Shown piece by piece: positions 36,264-45,777 of a stretch of 64,000 nt of DNA. The notes beneath the pieces are model-generated. The model was given only the letters and a program-made list of their open reading frames with translations, did no database searches and was not told the DNA's origin. Source of the DNA: Candidatus Saccharimonadota bacterium (lineage in GTDB: Bacteria > Patescibacteriota > Saccharimonadia > Saccharimonadales > Saccharimonadaceae). Within the stretch, counting starts at the first letter, position 1; every line of letters starts with the position of its first letter. The stretch is taken from the NCBI GenBank assembly GCA_017431945.1, contig JAFRJZ010000005.1, positions 14,259-78,258 of the forward strand, read 5' to 3'. Both the position numbers and the translations under genes were made by a program.

Positions 36264-36977
36264 ATGAATTCTAACGAAGATGAGCTTCAAAAAGCAATAA
36301 ACGATATAACTAATAACATGTTGAATGAAACGCCGGTAGCACCGGAGGGTGTTGCACCAGCGCCGGTAGCGGAGACGCCTGCAGCACCGGTCGAACCGGT
36401 AACGCCAGTTGAACCAGTGGCTCAAGTGGCACCAGAAACTGCTAATATGGTACCGCCAACGGTAGCGCCGTTGCCAGATGCACAAAATTTGCAAACAGCG
36501 CCAGTGGCGCCAGTAGCGCCAGTGGCGGAGGCGACACCTGAGCCAGCTCCTGCTGAGGAAGTAGTATCTGAGGTGGTGACGGCGGATATTCCAGATTTGT
36601 CGATGCCAGAACCGGTGAGTGAGCCGGAGTCGGCTGATGAGCCAGCTAAGGAAGATGAGATTAAGAAACCGGAAGAAGTAAAAGAAGAGCCAAAGGAAGA
36701 AGAAAAACCAGTAGAAGGAATGACGATGGATTTCAGTGAAAAAATGGAGATAGAGCCGGGTGGAGTGAAAGAGAAGGCTTTGCGTGACTTGATGCCGATA
36801 TTGAGCGGAATGAACAATATAGATGCCGAAAAGAAGTTTAAGATTTATTGTGATATGATGGAAGTGTTGGGTGAGAAAGATATCGCAAATGACGCTTATG
36901 AAGTGGCAACACAGATTGGTGACGACAACGTACGCGGTGAAGCCTTGCTTAAATTAGTTGATTTGTTAGATAAATAA
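36264..36977 (+). CDS. Hypothetical acidic Pro/Ala/Val/Glu-rich protein
   Basis: 237 aa with a good SD (aaggtggg). It has low-complexity PVAP/EPV repeats and a structured-looking C-terminal ~70 aa. Confidence 0.5.
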   Translation: MNSNEDELQKAINDITNNMLNETPVAPEGVAPAPVAETPAAPVEPVTPVEPVAQVAPETANMVPPTVAPLPDAQNLQTAPVAPVAPVAEATPEPAPAEEVVSEVVTADIPDLSMPEPVSEPESADEPAKEDEIKKPEEVKEEPKEEEKPVEGMTMDFSEKMEIEPGGVKEKALRDLMPILSGMNNIDAEKKFKIYCDMMEVLGEKDIANDAYEVATQIGDDNVRGEALLKLVDLLDK

Positions 36978-36996
36978 GAATGTATTAAATAAAAAT

Positions 36997-37030
36997 TAGG
37001 GCGCTTCGTGTCGCGCCCTAGTAATTTTTA
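36997..37030 (+). terminator. Intrinsic terminator after 36264..36977
   Basis: tagggcgc-ttcgtgtc-gcgcccta, followed by a T-rich tract. Confidence 0.6.
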
Positions 37031-37046
37031 CAACATATTCGCGATA

Positions 37047-37084
37047 TAAAAACCGCAAAGAGGCTAAAGCCTTGCGGTTTTTAT
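37047..37084. terminator. Bidirectional intrinsic terminator (serves groEL on the minus strand)
   Basis: aaaaaccgcaa-agaggctaaagcc-ttgcggttttt, with A/T runs on both sides. Confidence 0.7.
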
Positions 37085-37134
37085 TCGGAAATGTTGTTAA
37101 AATTGGGGCTCACTCAGAATGCCCTAATTTTTAT

Positions 37135-38757
37135 TTAATACATTCCCATTCCACCACCAGCAGGAGCTGCGGGGGCTTCGGGTTCGGGGATATCGACAAT
37201 CAAAGCGCCCATGGTGATGGTGGTAGCGGCAATACTGATGCTATTGGCGACCGCTTCTTTGGTGACCCTGGCGGGGTCGATGACACCGGCTTTCTTGAGG
37301 TCAATAAGGCCTTTTTCGGGCTTCATAACATTAACGCCATAGCCGGGTTTGGCTTTTTCAACTTCGGCTAAGAGAGCTTGAGAGTTGAGACCGGCATTTT
37401 TAGTAATATGAATAAACGGAGTTTTGAGGGCGTTTTTGACGATAATAGTTCCTTGGTCTTCGCCTTTGAGTTGATCGGCGAGGTTAACGAGGGTGACGCC
37501 ACCACCGGCAACTACACCATCAACAAGAGCGGCCTTAGTGGCGGCGACGGCATCGTCAACGCGGAATTTCTTTTCGTTAATTTCAGTTTCGGTAGTACCG
37601 CCAACTTTAATAACGGCAACTTTGCCGAGGAGAGCGGCGGCGCGCTTTTCGAGCTCTTCGCGCTCGTAGTCGCTAGTAGCGAGGTTGGCCTGGGATTTGA
37701 TGAGGGTAATACGCTCTTTAACAGCCTTGCTATTGCCAGCACCTTTGATGATGGTAGATTCGTCTTTGGTGGCAATAATTTTATTAGCGGAGCCGAGAAC
37801 TTCGAGGCCGACATCTTCTAATTTAAGACCTTTGTCGGCGGAAACGACAGTGGCGTCGGTGAGGATAGCGATATCTTCCATGATTTCCTTGCGACGGTCA
37901 CCAAAAGCGGGAGCTTTGAGTACGAGAGTGTTAAAGACGCCTTTGAGCTTATTAAGAACAAGTAAAGAAAGAGCTTCGCCTTCAACCTCTTCGGCGATGA
38001 TAACGAGTTCTTTTTTGCCAGCCTGAGCAACTTTTTCAAGGAGAGGAACGATTTCGTTGGCTGAACCGATTTTGTTGTCGGTGACGAGGATGAGAGGTTT
38101 GTCAAAAATGGCTTCTTGACGGTTGACATCAGTGACAAAGAAAGGCGAAGAATAACCCTTGTCATAGCTGAAACCTTCGACGATTTCCTGTTCCATTTCG
38201 AGACCTTGACCTTGCTCAACGGTAACCACGCCATCGGGGCCGATTTTACTGATGACTTCGGCGATGAGTTTACCAATTTCGGCGTCGCCGGCAGAGATAG
38301 TAGCAACTTCGGCGACTTTGGTATCATCACCGGCGATTTGTTCGGCGGATTTTTCAATACCTTGAATAATTTGTTCGCCGGCTTGCTCAATACCTTTACG
38401 AAGCTCCATCGGGTTGACGCCAGCGGCGATAAGCTTGTTGGCTTCATTTAAGATATTATAGGTGAGGACGGTGACGGTGGTGGTACCATCGCCAGCGACC
38501 TTATTAAGCTTCTTAGCGGCCTCTTTGATGATACGAGCACCGATTTGCTCGCCGAGATTGTCTTCGGTGGCGCCAAGATCGACGGCTTCAGCGACAGTGA
38601 CGCCATCATGAGTGATGGTGGGGGCGCCGTAAGATTTCTCGATGACGACATTTTGACCTTTAGGGCCAAAAGTGACTTTGACGGCGTCGTAAAGTTGTTT
38701 GGCGCCGCTTAGAACCTTGTCGCGGGCTTCTTCGTTGTAAAAAATTTTCTTTGCCAT
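37135..38757 (-). CDS. groL: Chaperonin GroEL
   Basis: 540 aa: MAKKIFYNEEARDKVLSGAKQLYDAVKVTFGPKGQNVVI...AGDGTTT..., with a C-terminal GGMGMY tail. Confidence 0.97.
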   Translation of the reverse strand: MAKKIFYNEEARDKVLSGAKQLYDAVKVTFGPKGQNVVIEKSYGAPTITHDGVTVAEAVDLGATEDNLGEQIGARIIKEAAKKLNKVAGDGTTTVTVLTYNILNEANKLIAAGVNPMELRKGIEQAGEQIIQGIEKSAEQIAGDDTKVAEVATISAGDAEIGKLIAEVISKIGPDGVVTVEQGQGLEMEQEIVEGFSYDKGYSSPFFVTDVNRQEAIFDKPLILVTDNKIGSANEIVPLLEKVAQAGKKELVIIAEEVEGEALSLLVLNKLKGVFNTLVLKAPAFGDRRKEIMEDIAILTDATVVSADKGLKLEDVGLEVLGSANKIIATKDESTIIKGAGNSKAVKERITLIKSQANLATSDYEREELEKRAAALLGKVAVIKVGGTTETEINEKKFRVDDAVAATKAALVDGVVAGGGVTLVNLADQLKGEDQGTIIVKNALKTPFIHITKNAGLNSQALLAEVEKAKPGYGVNVMKPEKGLIDLKKAGVIDPARVTKEAVANSISIAATTITMGALIVDIPEPEAPAAPAGGGMGMY

Positions 38758-38787
38758 AATTGCTCCTTTTATATTTATAATGTGATT

Positions 38788-39042
38788 CTATAATGTAGCG
38801 AGGATATCTTTGTCCTCAACGATGATATAGGTGGTGTCGTTTAATTTAATTTCTGAGGTGGAATATTCTTTGAAGACGATTTTGTCGCCTTTTTTGATAT
38901 TTTTAACATCGGGACCGACGGCTTCAACGACGGCGTAGGCGGGTTGTTCTTTGGCCTCGCCGAGTAGAATACCGGATTTGGTCTTGGAAAGGGCGGCCTC
39001 TTTTTGAGCCACGACGTGATTAGTTAAAGGTTTTAGTGCCAT
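38788..39042 (-). CDS. groES: Co-chaperonin GroES (short, 84 aa)
   Basis: MALKPLTNHVVAQKEAALSKTKSGILL...GDKIVFKEYSTSEIKL...YIIVEDKDILATL. It lies immediately upstream of groEL. Confidence 0.9.
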   Translation of the reverse strand: MALKPLTNHVVAQKEAALSKTKSGILLGEAKEQPAYAVVEAVGPDVKNIKKGDKIVFKEYSTSEIKLNDTTYIIVEDKDILATL

Positions 39043-39078
39043 AATTTTCTCCTTTTACCCCTATTGTAGCACAGTTTA

Positions 39079-39105
39079 TTGGCACTTGCAAGTGCTGAGT
39101 GCTAA
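39079..39105. promoter_or_regulatory. CIRCE-like operator (HrcA site) upstream of groES
   Basis: TTGGCACTT-N9-GAGTGCTAA, compared with the consensus TTAGCACTC-N9-GAGTGCTAA. It lies just upstream of a tgtgctacaat -10 element on the groES strand. Confidence 0.8.
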
Positions 39106-39138
39106 TTTTTAAGGTTGGTTTTAGTGTATAATAGAATT

Positions 39139-39525
39139 ATGTTGAAAATTACAGATGAACCGGAGGTGGTGCTGGCGGAATTAGCGAAATCTAAGTTTAG
39201 AGCGAGTTTTAAATTGCCGAAATATCTGGTGAAATATGTGGATGAGAAGGGGCTGGATGCGATTGAGGGTCATGCGTATGATTTTATCAATAAACGATTG
39301 AAGCCGGCAAAAATTGTGAATGATGGGAGACAGACGCCGATGAAGAATCACCCGGTGTTTATAGCGCAACACGCGACGGCGACATGTTGTAGGGGGTGTT
39401 TGATGAAATGGTATGGAATACTAAAAGGGCGGGAGCTGACCGAGCCAGAAGTAGAGGCGATAGTGGGGGTGATAATGGCGTGGGTGAGGCGAGAGCATAA
39501 TTTTCATGATATAATGGAGAGATGA
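39139..39525 (+). CDS. DUF4186-family protein
   Basis: ...FRASFKLPKYLVKYVDEKG...HPVFIAQHATATCCRGCLMKWYGI... matches my recollection of DUF4186. The start is set at MLKITDEPE (ATG at 39139), 6 nt after TATAAT (39127-39132). Confidence 0.7.
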   Translation: MLKITDEPEVVLAELAKSKFRASFKLPKYLVKYVDEKGLDAIEGHAYDFINKRLKPAKIVNDGRQTPMKNHPVFIAQHATATCCRGCLMKWYGILKGRELTEPEVEAIVGVIMAWVRREHNFHDIMER

Positions 39526-40811
39526 AAGAATTATTAGAGAAATTACCTTTTTATAATCAGGCGGTGTTGCCGTATCATTTGGGACAGTCGGTGGTGGCAG
39601 GAACGAAGTATGGATGGCCAGCGAAAAAGTTGAAAGTGATTGGAGTGACAGGAACGAATGGCAAGACTACGACTTGTTTTATGATTTGGAATATGTTGAA
39701 CGCGGCGGGGCATAAGACGGGACTGATGACGACAGTGGCTTGGGGGGTGGATAGATTGGAAAAGCAGATAGAGCATATGACGACAGTGGATGCGTTTACT
39801 TTAAATCACCGGATGAATAAAATTTTTGAGGCGGGGGCGGAATATTTGGTACTGGAACTGACTTCACATGCGTTAGTGCAGTTTCGGGCGCTGGGAGTAC
39901 CGATAGAGGTAGCGGTATTTACTAATTTGACACACGAGCATTTGGACTATCATAAGACTTTGGAAAATTATCGTGACGCCAAGCGCAAACTGTTTAAGAA
40001 GGCGAAATATGGGGTGGTGAACGCGGATGATCCGAGTGGTAAATACTTTGCGATGGATGTGGACGAATATATCATGTATGGCATAAAACAGGGTGATTTG
40101 CGAGCCGAGAAAGTAAAACTAGAGGCTAACGGCGTGAAATATACGGCAAAATTTGCCGGGGGTAGAAAAGGTAAATATGCGTCTGGTGATATATTGATAA
40201 AGACGCGAATTCCGGGAGAGTTTAATGTGTACAATTCCCTGGCGGCGGTGGGGGTAGGCAAGCGTCTGGGGTTGACTAATAAACAGATTGCTGATGGGAT
40301 TTATGGACTAAAAGATGTGGAAGGGCGGATGAACCTAGTAGACGAGGGGCAAGATTTTACGGTGATTGTGGATTATGCGCATACGCCGGATGCGATCCAG
40401 AAGGTGTTTGATTCGGTACGAGGTACAGGAAAACGAATTATTTCTTTGCATGGTGGAGCGGGGAGGCGCGATGAAACTACGCGACCGGAGCGCGGTGAGA
40501 TACTTGGTAAAGAGAGTGATATTGTGATTGTGACTGAGGATGATTCGCGTGATGAGGATGTACAAAAAATAGCAAATGGGTTCGTAGAAGGCGCTGAAAA
40601 AGTTGGAAAAAAGATGGGAAAAGATTTGTTTGTGGAATTAGATAGACGAAAAGCGATTCGGAAAGCGTTTGAGATAGCAAAGAAAGGTGACTTGGTATTG
40701 GTGCTTGGTAAAGGGCATGAAAAAACTATTTTGCGTGCGGATGGGGAGCATCCGTTTGAGGATCTCAAAGTATCGCGAGAAGAGCTGAGGAAGTTGAAAG
40801 AAGCAAAATAA
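39522..40811 (+). CDS. murE: UDP-N-acetylmuramoyl-tripeptide synthetase (MurE-type Mur ligase)
   Basis: P-loop GVTGTNGKTTT, a central Mur-ligase domain, and IVDYAHTPDA and GRxDxxxR blocks typical of MurE. Confidence 0.8.
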   Translation: MKELLEKLPFYNQAVLPYHLGQSVVAGTKYGWPAKKLKVIGVTGTNGKTTTCFMIWNMLNAAGHKTGLMTTVAWGVDRLEKQIEHMTTVDAFTLNHRMNKIFEAGAEYLVLELTSHALVQFRALGVPIEVAVFTNLTHEHLDYHKTLENYRDAKRKLFKKAKYGVVNADDPSGKYFAMDVDEYIMYGIKQGDLRAEKVKLEANGVKYTAKFAGGRKGKYASGDILIKTRIPGEFNVYNSLAAVGVGKRLGLTNKQIADGIYGLKDVEGRMNLVDEGQDFTVIVDYAHTPDAIQKVFDSVRGTGKRIISLHGGAGRRDETTRPERGEILGKESDIVIVTEDDSRDEDVQKIANGFVEGAEKVGKKMGKDLFVELDRRKAIRKAFEIAKKGDLVLVLGKGHEKTILRADGEHPFEDLKVSREELRKLKEAK

Positions 40812-40926
40812 GCACTTTTGTTCGTGGACTTGAAACGAAAAAATCTCATACACTGGTAAACGGCAGGAATATAGATTTTTTCGTTTCAAATCTGACTTAA
40901 CAAACTACTCACAAAAGTGCTTATTT
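40807..40926. repeat. Nested palindromic repeat, copy A (~120 nt), starting at the murE stop codon
   Basis: Outer inverted repeat: aaataagcacttttgt / acaaaagtgcttattt. Inner inverted repeat: cttgaaacgaaaaaatct / agattttttcgtttcaa. The core ...tttcaaatctgacttaacaaa is shared with copies at 62496 and 63124. Confidence 0.8.
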
Positions 40927-40945
40927 CTGCTTCTTGTATATATTT

Positions 40946-41662
40946 TCACTCTTCGTAATTAGCGATGCCAGTGGATATGATAGTGGTGGAGATTTTGAGG
41001 GCGCTGGCGATGCAGGCGGCGCAAGCCATATAGGAAACGGCAGGTTCGCCAGTGACGAAAGTGGCAGTGGAGAAATTTTTGAAGCCGATGGCGAGATTGG
41101 CCTCAGTCCCCTTTTTATAAAGCGTGAAATCGTCAATGCGGACGGTAGCATCTTCGTCGACGCCATAAGTGTAAGTGTCTTTGACGCCATGAAATTTGGC
41201 GAAGTCAGCAAAATGACGATCGTCTTGATTTAGAATAATATAATTAGGGCGCATTTTGAAAAGAGTAGTCTTAGCGGAGAGGTAATTCTTGGCCGAGATG
41301 GACTTAAGGGTGGAGGGGATGAAGTTAGTAAGAGCGGCGACGTGGATGGGGAGGTCGTAGAAAGCGTTGTCGGCGAGGGCTTCGGCAGGGGTGGTGATGA
41401 TAGCGTAATTGGCGCCGTTTTTCTTAGCGTCGCTGAGGAACTTGTGGATGATGCTGGCCTTAATATTGCCATCAGAGGCGAGAACGGCGGATTTGATGTT
41501 GGCGGACTGGAGGATTTCGTGAACATAGCGAGCAACGATGGCTTTGCCAGTAGAGCCAGTGATGCAGATGAGCTTGAGGCTCTTGGCAGGGTGACCGTAA
41601 TAGGCTTGGAGAATCTTGGTACGGGCGCGAGTGCTGCTACCGTGAAACTTACTGTTATTCAT
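40946..41662 (-). CDS. Mur-ligase-family protein, short form lacking the C-terminal domain (possible truncated paralog)
   Basis: 238 aa with a divergent P-loop ICITGSTGKA and a central-domain-like sequence. It ends (...GIANYEE*) about where the Mur ligase C-terminal domain should begin. Confidence 0.5.
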   Translation of the reverse strand: MNNSKFHGSSTRARTKILQAYYGHPAKSLKLICITGSTGKAIVARYVHEILQSANIKSAVLASDGNIKASIIHKFLSDAKKNGANYAIITTPAEALADNAFYDLPIHVAALTNFIPSTLKSISAKNYLSAKTTLFKMRPNYIILNQDDRHFADFAKFHGVKDTYTYGVDEDATVRIDDFTLYKKGTEANLAIGFKNFSTATFVTGEPAVSYMACAACIASALKISTTIISTGIANYEE

Positions 41663-41709
41663 ATTTATATTATATCACATGTGGTATAATGAGAAAAAGG
41701 AGTTACACT

Positions 41710-42402
41710 ATGGCAAATAAAAAGAATGAAAAGGTTGGGTTGAGCACTGATGGGGCGGTGATAATTGGTGCGGTAGTGGGGGCGATATTGTTTCTTGGTG
41801 GGGGAGCGGGGCTGTTTTTGCTGACTGGATTAGTAAAGTTTAACTCTGGCGGGTTGGATTTTTCGGGGTTTGAAGAATTAGGCAGAATTATAGAGGAAAA
41901 TACTGATGTTGAAATTGAGAATACGGGTGGCACTAACACAGGTGGTACGATTACTGGTGGTACTAGTGAACCGAGATTGGTTGACAACCCGAATCCGCGC
42001 GTGAGAGTGAACGGTAGGTTGGCAGAGGCGAGAAATTTGGAGTTTTATCTGCCTTATGCGTTTTCACCAGCGAGTAATAATGGCAAAGGTGGTGTATATA
42101 CCTATAATTTGATTAATGATGACGGTTGGGCGGATGTAAAGGTGTATGTAGAGAAGAGTTCGCTGTCGCCAGAGAAATATTTGGCAAAATTGAACTCGTC
42201 ACTAAAAGTGACGGACAGAAATTACAGAATAAATGGTACGAGCTGGGTGCAGGCAGAAAACGGCTCGGTGTTGGCTTATGCGACGAATTTTAACGGTGAT
42301 ATATATGCGGTGGTATATGGGGTGAAATTGGAATCGGATGCAACTAGCGAGGCGATGCAGATGATACCAAAGACCCTGAGAATGAAGAAAATCTATCAGT
42401 AG
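41710..42402 (+). CDS. Membrane-anchored hypothetical protein
   Basis: The start is set at MANKKNEKV (SD aaggag; TGgTATAAT promoter at 41682-41690). The track start at 41689 lies inside the -10 element. It has one TM and a Gly/Thr tract GGTNTGGTITGGTS. Confidence 0.5.
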   Translation: MANKKNEKVGLSTDGAVIIGAVVGAILFLGGGAGLFLLTGLVKFNSGGLDFSGFEELGRIIEENTDVEIENTGGTNTGGTITGGTSEPRLVDNPNPRVRVNGRLAEARNLEFYLPYAFSPASNNGKGGVYTYNLINDDGWADVKVYVEKSSLSPEKYLAKLNSSLKVTDRNYRINGTSWVQAENGSVLAYATNFNGDIYAVVYGVKLESDATSEAMQMIPKTLRMKKIYQ

Positions 42403-42478
42403 GGTGATCTGTTGAATAAATTATAAGTTTGGCTTCGGTGAGTCTAGCTGACGCTTAGTTGGCGGATAAGGGGAGATG

Positions 42479-42487
42479 TGGTAAAAT
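42479..42487 (+). promoter_or_regulatory. Extended -10 promoter (TGgTAAAAT), 6 nt upstream of the mature 5' end of tRNA-Ser(CGA)
   Basis: tgg-taaaat, then aagggc, then the tRNA G+1 at 42494. Confidence 0.5.
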
Positions 42488-42493
42488 AAGGGC

Positions 42494-42584
42494 GGAAGCG
42501 TGGCCGAGTGGTTGAAGGCGCACGACTCGAAATCGTGTAACGGTTCTAAGCCGTTCGGAGGTTCGAATCCTCTCGCTTCCGCCA
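42494..42584 (+). tRNA. tRNA-Ser (anticodon CGA), class II; CCA encoded
   Basis: Manual fold: acceptor ggaagcg/cgcttcc, anticodon stem cacga/tcgtg with loop ctCGAaa, a long variable arm, and T-arm ggagg-ttcgaat-cctct. Confidence 0.9.
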
Positions 42585-42714
42585 TTTTTGTTTCACAAAA
42601 AATGGCTTTAGCGACACGTCCCAAGGGGTGAGCGCTTCCGCCAGGACTCTTTGGAGTCTTTTTTGTGATATAATGTGTATTACGGTGGGGGTATCTTTAG
42701 AGGGAGGTGATTTC

Positions 42715-42972
42715 ATGTCAGTAGTATTAAAAATCAAAGTTGAGAACTGTATCGATTGTCCCTATTCAGAACGGCATCAAATGGTGACTCCTGATTCATT
42801 TGAACATGATGTGGGCGTATTTTGCTCGAAGGTAGAAGATGATGAGCGAGAACACCATACTTATGATGGGATAATAACCAAAAAATTGATTTTTAGCTTT
42901 GAATGGCCATCAGAAATAGAAGTCCAAGAGATTCCGGACTGGTGTCCGTACAAAAATGACGCAGGAAGATAA
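42715..42972 (+). CDS. Small Cys-containing hypothetical protein (85 aa)
   Basis: The start is set at MSVVLKIK (SD gggaggtg). It has CIDC...C...C spacing and is followed by a strong terminator. No family recognised. Confidence 0.4.
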   Translation: MSVVLKIKVENCIDCPYSERHQMVTPDSFEHDVGVFCSKVEDDEREHHTYDGIITKKLIFSFEWPSEIEVQEIPDWCPYKNDAGR

Positions 42973-42985
42973 ACCTCTCCCACTA

Positions 42986-43011
42986 AAAGCCCCACAAATG
43001 TGGGGCTTTTT
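42986..43011 (+). terminator. Intrinsic terminator
   Basis: aaagccccaca-aa-tgtggggcttttt. Confidence 0.7.
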
Positions 43012-43091
43012 AAACGCTTCTGTCGCTTTTGTTTTTATGATATAATGAGAGTAATAAATGGTGGGCTTAATTTTTAAAAAGGAGGGCTCAC

Positions 43092-43922
43092 GTGGGCAAT
43101 AAAAATTCACGAATACAACCGTTTGAAGAAATTCGTCAAGAAAATGAGAAAATCGGCGAGTTTTGGAGTGCAAGAGATTTACAAAAAGCACTTGGGTATA
43201 CTTCATGGCAAAACTTTACGACAGCCATCAGAAAAGCAAAAGAATCGTTTAAAACTAGTGATTTAACAGCAAGAACAGAGATATCTGACCATTTTAATGA
43301 TATCATTAAAATGGTTCCTACGGGGAGTGGAGCAGAACGCCCGGTAAAAGATTATTTACTTTCGCGCTATGCTTGTTATTTAATAGCGCAGAATGGCGAT
43401 CCGTCAAAGGAACCCATTGCGCTTGCGCAGGCTTATTTTAATATACAGACTTTTCGACAGGAGCAGTTTGAAAAAATGTCTGATGATGAGCGTCGGCTTT
43501 ATGCGCGTCGCTGAGTGACAGATGAGAACAAGCGATTGTTTGATGTCGCAAAAGCTAGCGGTGTTAGAGATTACGCTAAGTTTAGTGATGCCGGGTATAT
43601 CGGCCTTTATGGTATGAAGAATAAAGATATTGCGAAGAAAAAGGGGCTTGGTAAAGACAAATTGTTAGATAGGGCTGGGGCGACTGAGCTAGCGGCAAAC
43701 CTTTTTCGGATTACTCAGACGAAAGATAAATTACAAGGTGAAGTTGATAGCGGAAGGGTGGTTGGTGAGAATAAGGCGGCTAACACGCATTTTTATGTAG
43801 GTAGGAAAGTAAGAAAGACTATTGAAGAAATTGGTGGAACGATGCCAGAAGATCTGCCTCCCGAAGAAGAACATATAAAGAAGTTGGAAAAAAGAGCAGA
43901 GAATAATAAGAAGTTATTGTAA
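43092..43922 (+). pseudogene. dinD: DinD-like (DNA-damage-inducible protein D) gene interrupted by a single in-frame TGA
   Basis: ORFs 43092..43514 (140 aa) and 43515..43922 (135 aa) are contiguous and in the same frame. They are separated only by TGA 43512-43514 (...YARR*VTDENKRLFDVAK...). Their combined length of ~275 aa and their sequence resemble DinD as I remember it. Confidence 0.65.
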
Positions 43923-44030
43923 TTTTTACCACAAATTAAAAAAATGTGGTATAATATGATTGTTACAGTATATCTGTAATGTTCGTTTAATTTCTAGGTG
44001 GGTGTGCGAGTTGATCAAGCATCCACATAT

Positions 44031-44107
44031 GTGCCCGTAGCTCAGCTGGATAGAGCGTTGGCTTGCGGAGCCAAAGGTCGTAGGTTCGAATCCTGTCGGG
44101 CATACCA
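44031..44107 (+). tRNA. tRNA-Arg (anticodon GCG); CCA encoded
   Basis: Manual fold: acceptor gtgcccg/cgggcat (G1-U72 wobble), D-arm gctc-agctggata-gagc, anticodon stem ttggc/gccaa with loop ttGCGga, and T-arm gtagg-ttcgaat-cctgt (two G-U pairs). Confidence 0.8.
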
Positions 44108-45694
44108 AAGTTTAAAATCGGGACTTTTGTCCTCATCTGACCTCTTTAAATCGCAGGTTCTACCCACCGTCAAATCTTCATTTGCCTTGGCGGTGGTTTT
44201 TTGTATCGGAATCAGGTACTTATTAGGGGTAAACTGAATGGTTCTACCCGAAAGTTTTAAGTTTTTGCCCAGGGCTTTCATGACATATTGTTTTTCCTCC
44301 AGGGTGCCATTGTCAAATAAGCCTTTAGCCTTATTGGCAAACAATAATACATCATTAATGATTCGCTTCCAATCTTTCGCTACAGTTTGTATGTTGGCTA
44401 ATTGCTGATTAACGTCGGCTATTTCCGCCTTTATTTTTTCTGCGTCCATATTAAACTCTTCGTCGCTAATCATGTCATCACACCGCATTCTGCGCAAATT
44501 GGCAAGACGTATTTCACGCTTTTTCAGTTGCTTATTCAGATTTATTATCTTGCCATCTTGTTTTGAGGCTTCCAGCTCCTCTTCCTCGCATAAAGCCTCT
44601 ACAGCCAAACGGTAAAAGTCGTCGTCGATTGTATATTTAAGAAGCTCGTCTTGCACTTGCGTTATCAAATCTTCTTCCCTTACGAAGATATTTCTTTGCG
44701 GGCATTTAAATTTTTTACATTTTCCGCTGCAGTGACAATACGTAAACACGCCCTCATTACCATTTTTGTATTTTTTCGTTTTTCTTTCCGTAACCACGGC
44801 AAAACCGCATTCGGCGCAAGTCAATGTTCCTCTGAAAACAAAAGGGTACAGTTCAGATTTTGGTCTAGTAACCCGCTCCTTTTTACGTAGTAACTCCTGA
44901 GCTCTATCAAATTCCTCCTTTGTAATCATTCTTGGGTGCTTGCCATCGTGCAAGACGCCTTTCCAACGAAACTTACCATAATAATATGGATTCTGAAGCA
45001 TACTTTGAACGCCAGTATAACTCAATGCTTTTCCACCAGATTGAAGCCGTTGGTGTGTCTTAAGATGTAATGTTTTATCGGCATACCTTGTCAATTCTGC
45101 AACCGTAGTATTACCATCCAAGAATTTGTCCCAGACCATCCTCACCTTTTCCCAGGTTTCAGGGTCTTCCACGATAGTTTTCATATCACGATTATTCAGG
45201 TAGCCAATCGGAGCTGGCATTGGCTGCCAACCACGTTCCGCTTTTCCGCCTAAACCCCTTCTAACGTCCTGCATCAATCTTTTTCTAAATTCGGCACTCA
45301 TACTCCCCTCAACGTCAAGTGCAAGACCATCTTCTTCGTAATAGTCCTTGCCGTTCGTCAATATGAGCAACAACTTTTTATCATCCATCAGTTGATGTAT
45401 ATACCCAGATTCTTGCGGGTTTCTGCTGAGCCTATTGAACTCCCAAGCTATAATACCCTGCACTTTCCCATCTTCTATCATCTTTATCATCTTATTAAAT
45501 TCTTCCCTAGCCCCTGGATGTCCAGCAGACTTGGACTCTTTAAAAATGGCTACAATCTCTAATCCCTCTTGCGCAGCTCGTGTTTTGGCATATTTCAGTT
45601 GGTCGTCTAGCGATTGTACTTGTCGTTCAGATGATTCCATACTTTTACGTGCGTATATGGCGTATTTTATCTTTCTTTTGTCTATTTTTTCCAT
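44042..45694 (-). CDS. Large serine recombinase (integrase)
   Basis: N-terminal resolvase domain [15 protein letters not shown]...RLSRN, a recombinase domain and a zinc ribbon (CAECG...CHCSGKC), then a coiled-coil. SD aggagg. The last ~22 codons (...[19 protein letters not shown]) are encoded antisense to tRNA-Arg. Confidence 0.85.
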   Translation of the reverse strand: MEKIDKRKIKYAIYARKSMESSERQVQSLDDQLKYAKTRAAQEGLEIVAIFKESKSAGHPGAREEFNKMIKMIEDGKVQGIIAWEFNRLSRNPQESGYIHQLMDDKKLLLILTNGKDYYEEDGLALDVEGSMSAEFRKRLMQDVRRGLGGKAERGWQPMPAPIGYLNNRDMKTIVEDPETWEKVRMVWDKFLDGNTTVAELTRYADKTLHLKTHQRLQSGGKALSYTGVQSMLQNPYYYGKFRWKGVLHDGKHPRMITKEEFDRAQELLRKKERVTRPKSELYPFVFRGTLTCAECGFAVVTERKTKKYKNGNEGVFTYCHCSGKCKKFKCPQRNIFVREEDLITQVQDELLKYTIDDDFYRLAVEALCEEEELEASKQDGKIINLNKQLKKREIRLANLRRMRCDDMISDEEFNMDAEKIKAEIADVNQQLANIQTVAKDWKRIINDVLLFANKAKGLFDNGTLEEKQYVMKALGKNLKLSGRTIQFTPNKYLIPIQKTTAKANEDLTVGRTCDLKRSDEDKSPDFKLWYARQDSNLRPLAPQANALSS

Positions 45695-45777
45695 TTTTAC
45701 CTCCTAGAGGAACATTTGACTTTTTATGATAACATTGTATAACAATTAAGCCAAAATGTCCCTCCGATTTTTAATTA

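Noticed and set aside
37818-38447. A 209-aa ORF, with several ORFs of 100-147 aa, antisense or out of frame within groEL.
   Set aside because: They are shadow ORFs of a highly conserved gene, with Lys/Ser/Pro/Leu-rich compositions and no SD.
40373-40889. Minus-strand ORFs (158 aa, 83 aa) at the murE 3' end that run across the palindromic repeat.
   Set aside because: They are antisense to murE and run through the inverted repeat. They have no coding signature.
43512-43514. An in-frame TGA in the DinD-like gene might indicate genetic code 25 (UGA = Gly, as in Gracilibacteria/SR1).
   Set aside because: TGA clearly terminates conserved genes at their expected ends elsewhere in the window. Examples are the ABC permease at 2136-2138, dnaN at 23106-23108 and mod at 49123-49125. 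Well-conserved proteins (GroEL, DnaA, ValRS) contain no internal TGA. Standard code 11 fits.
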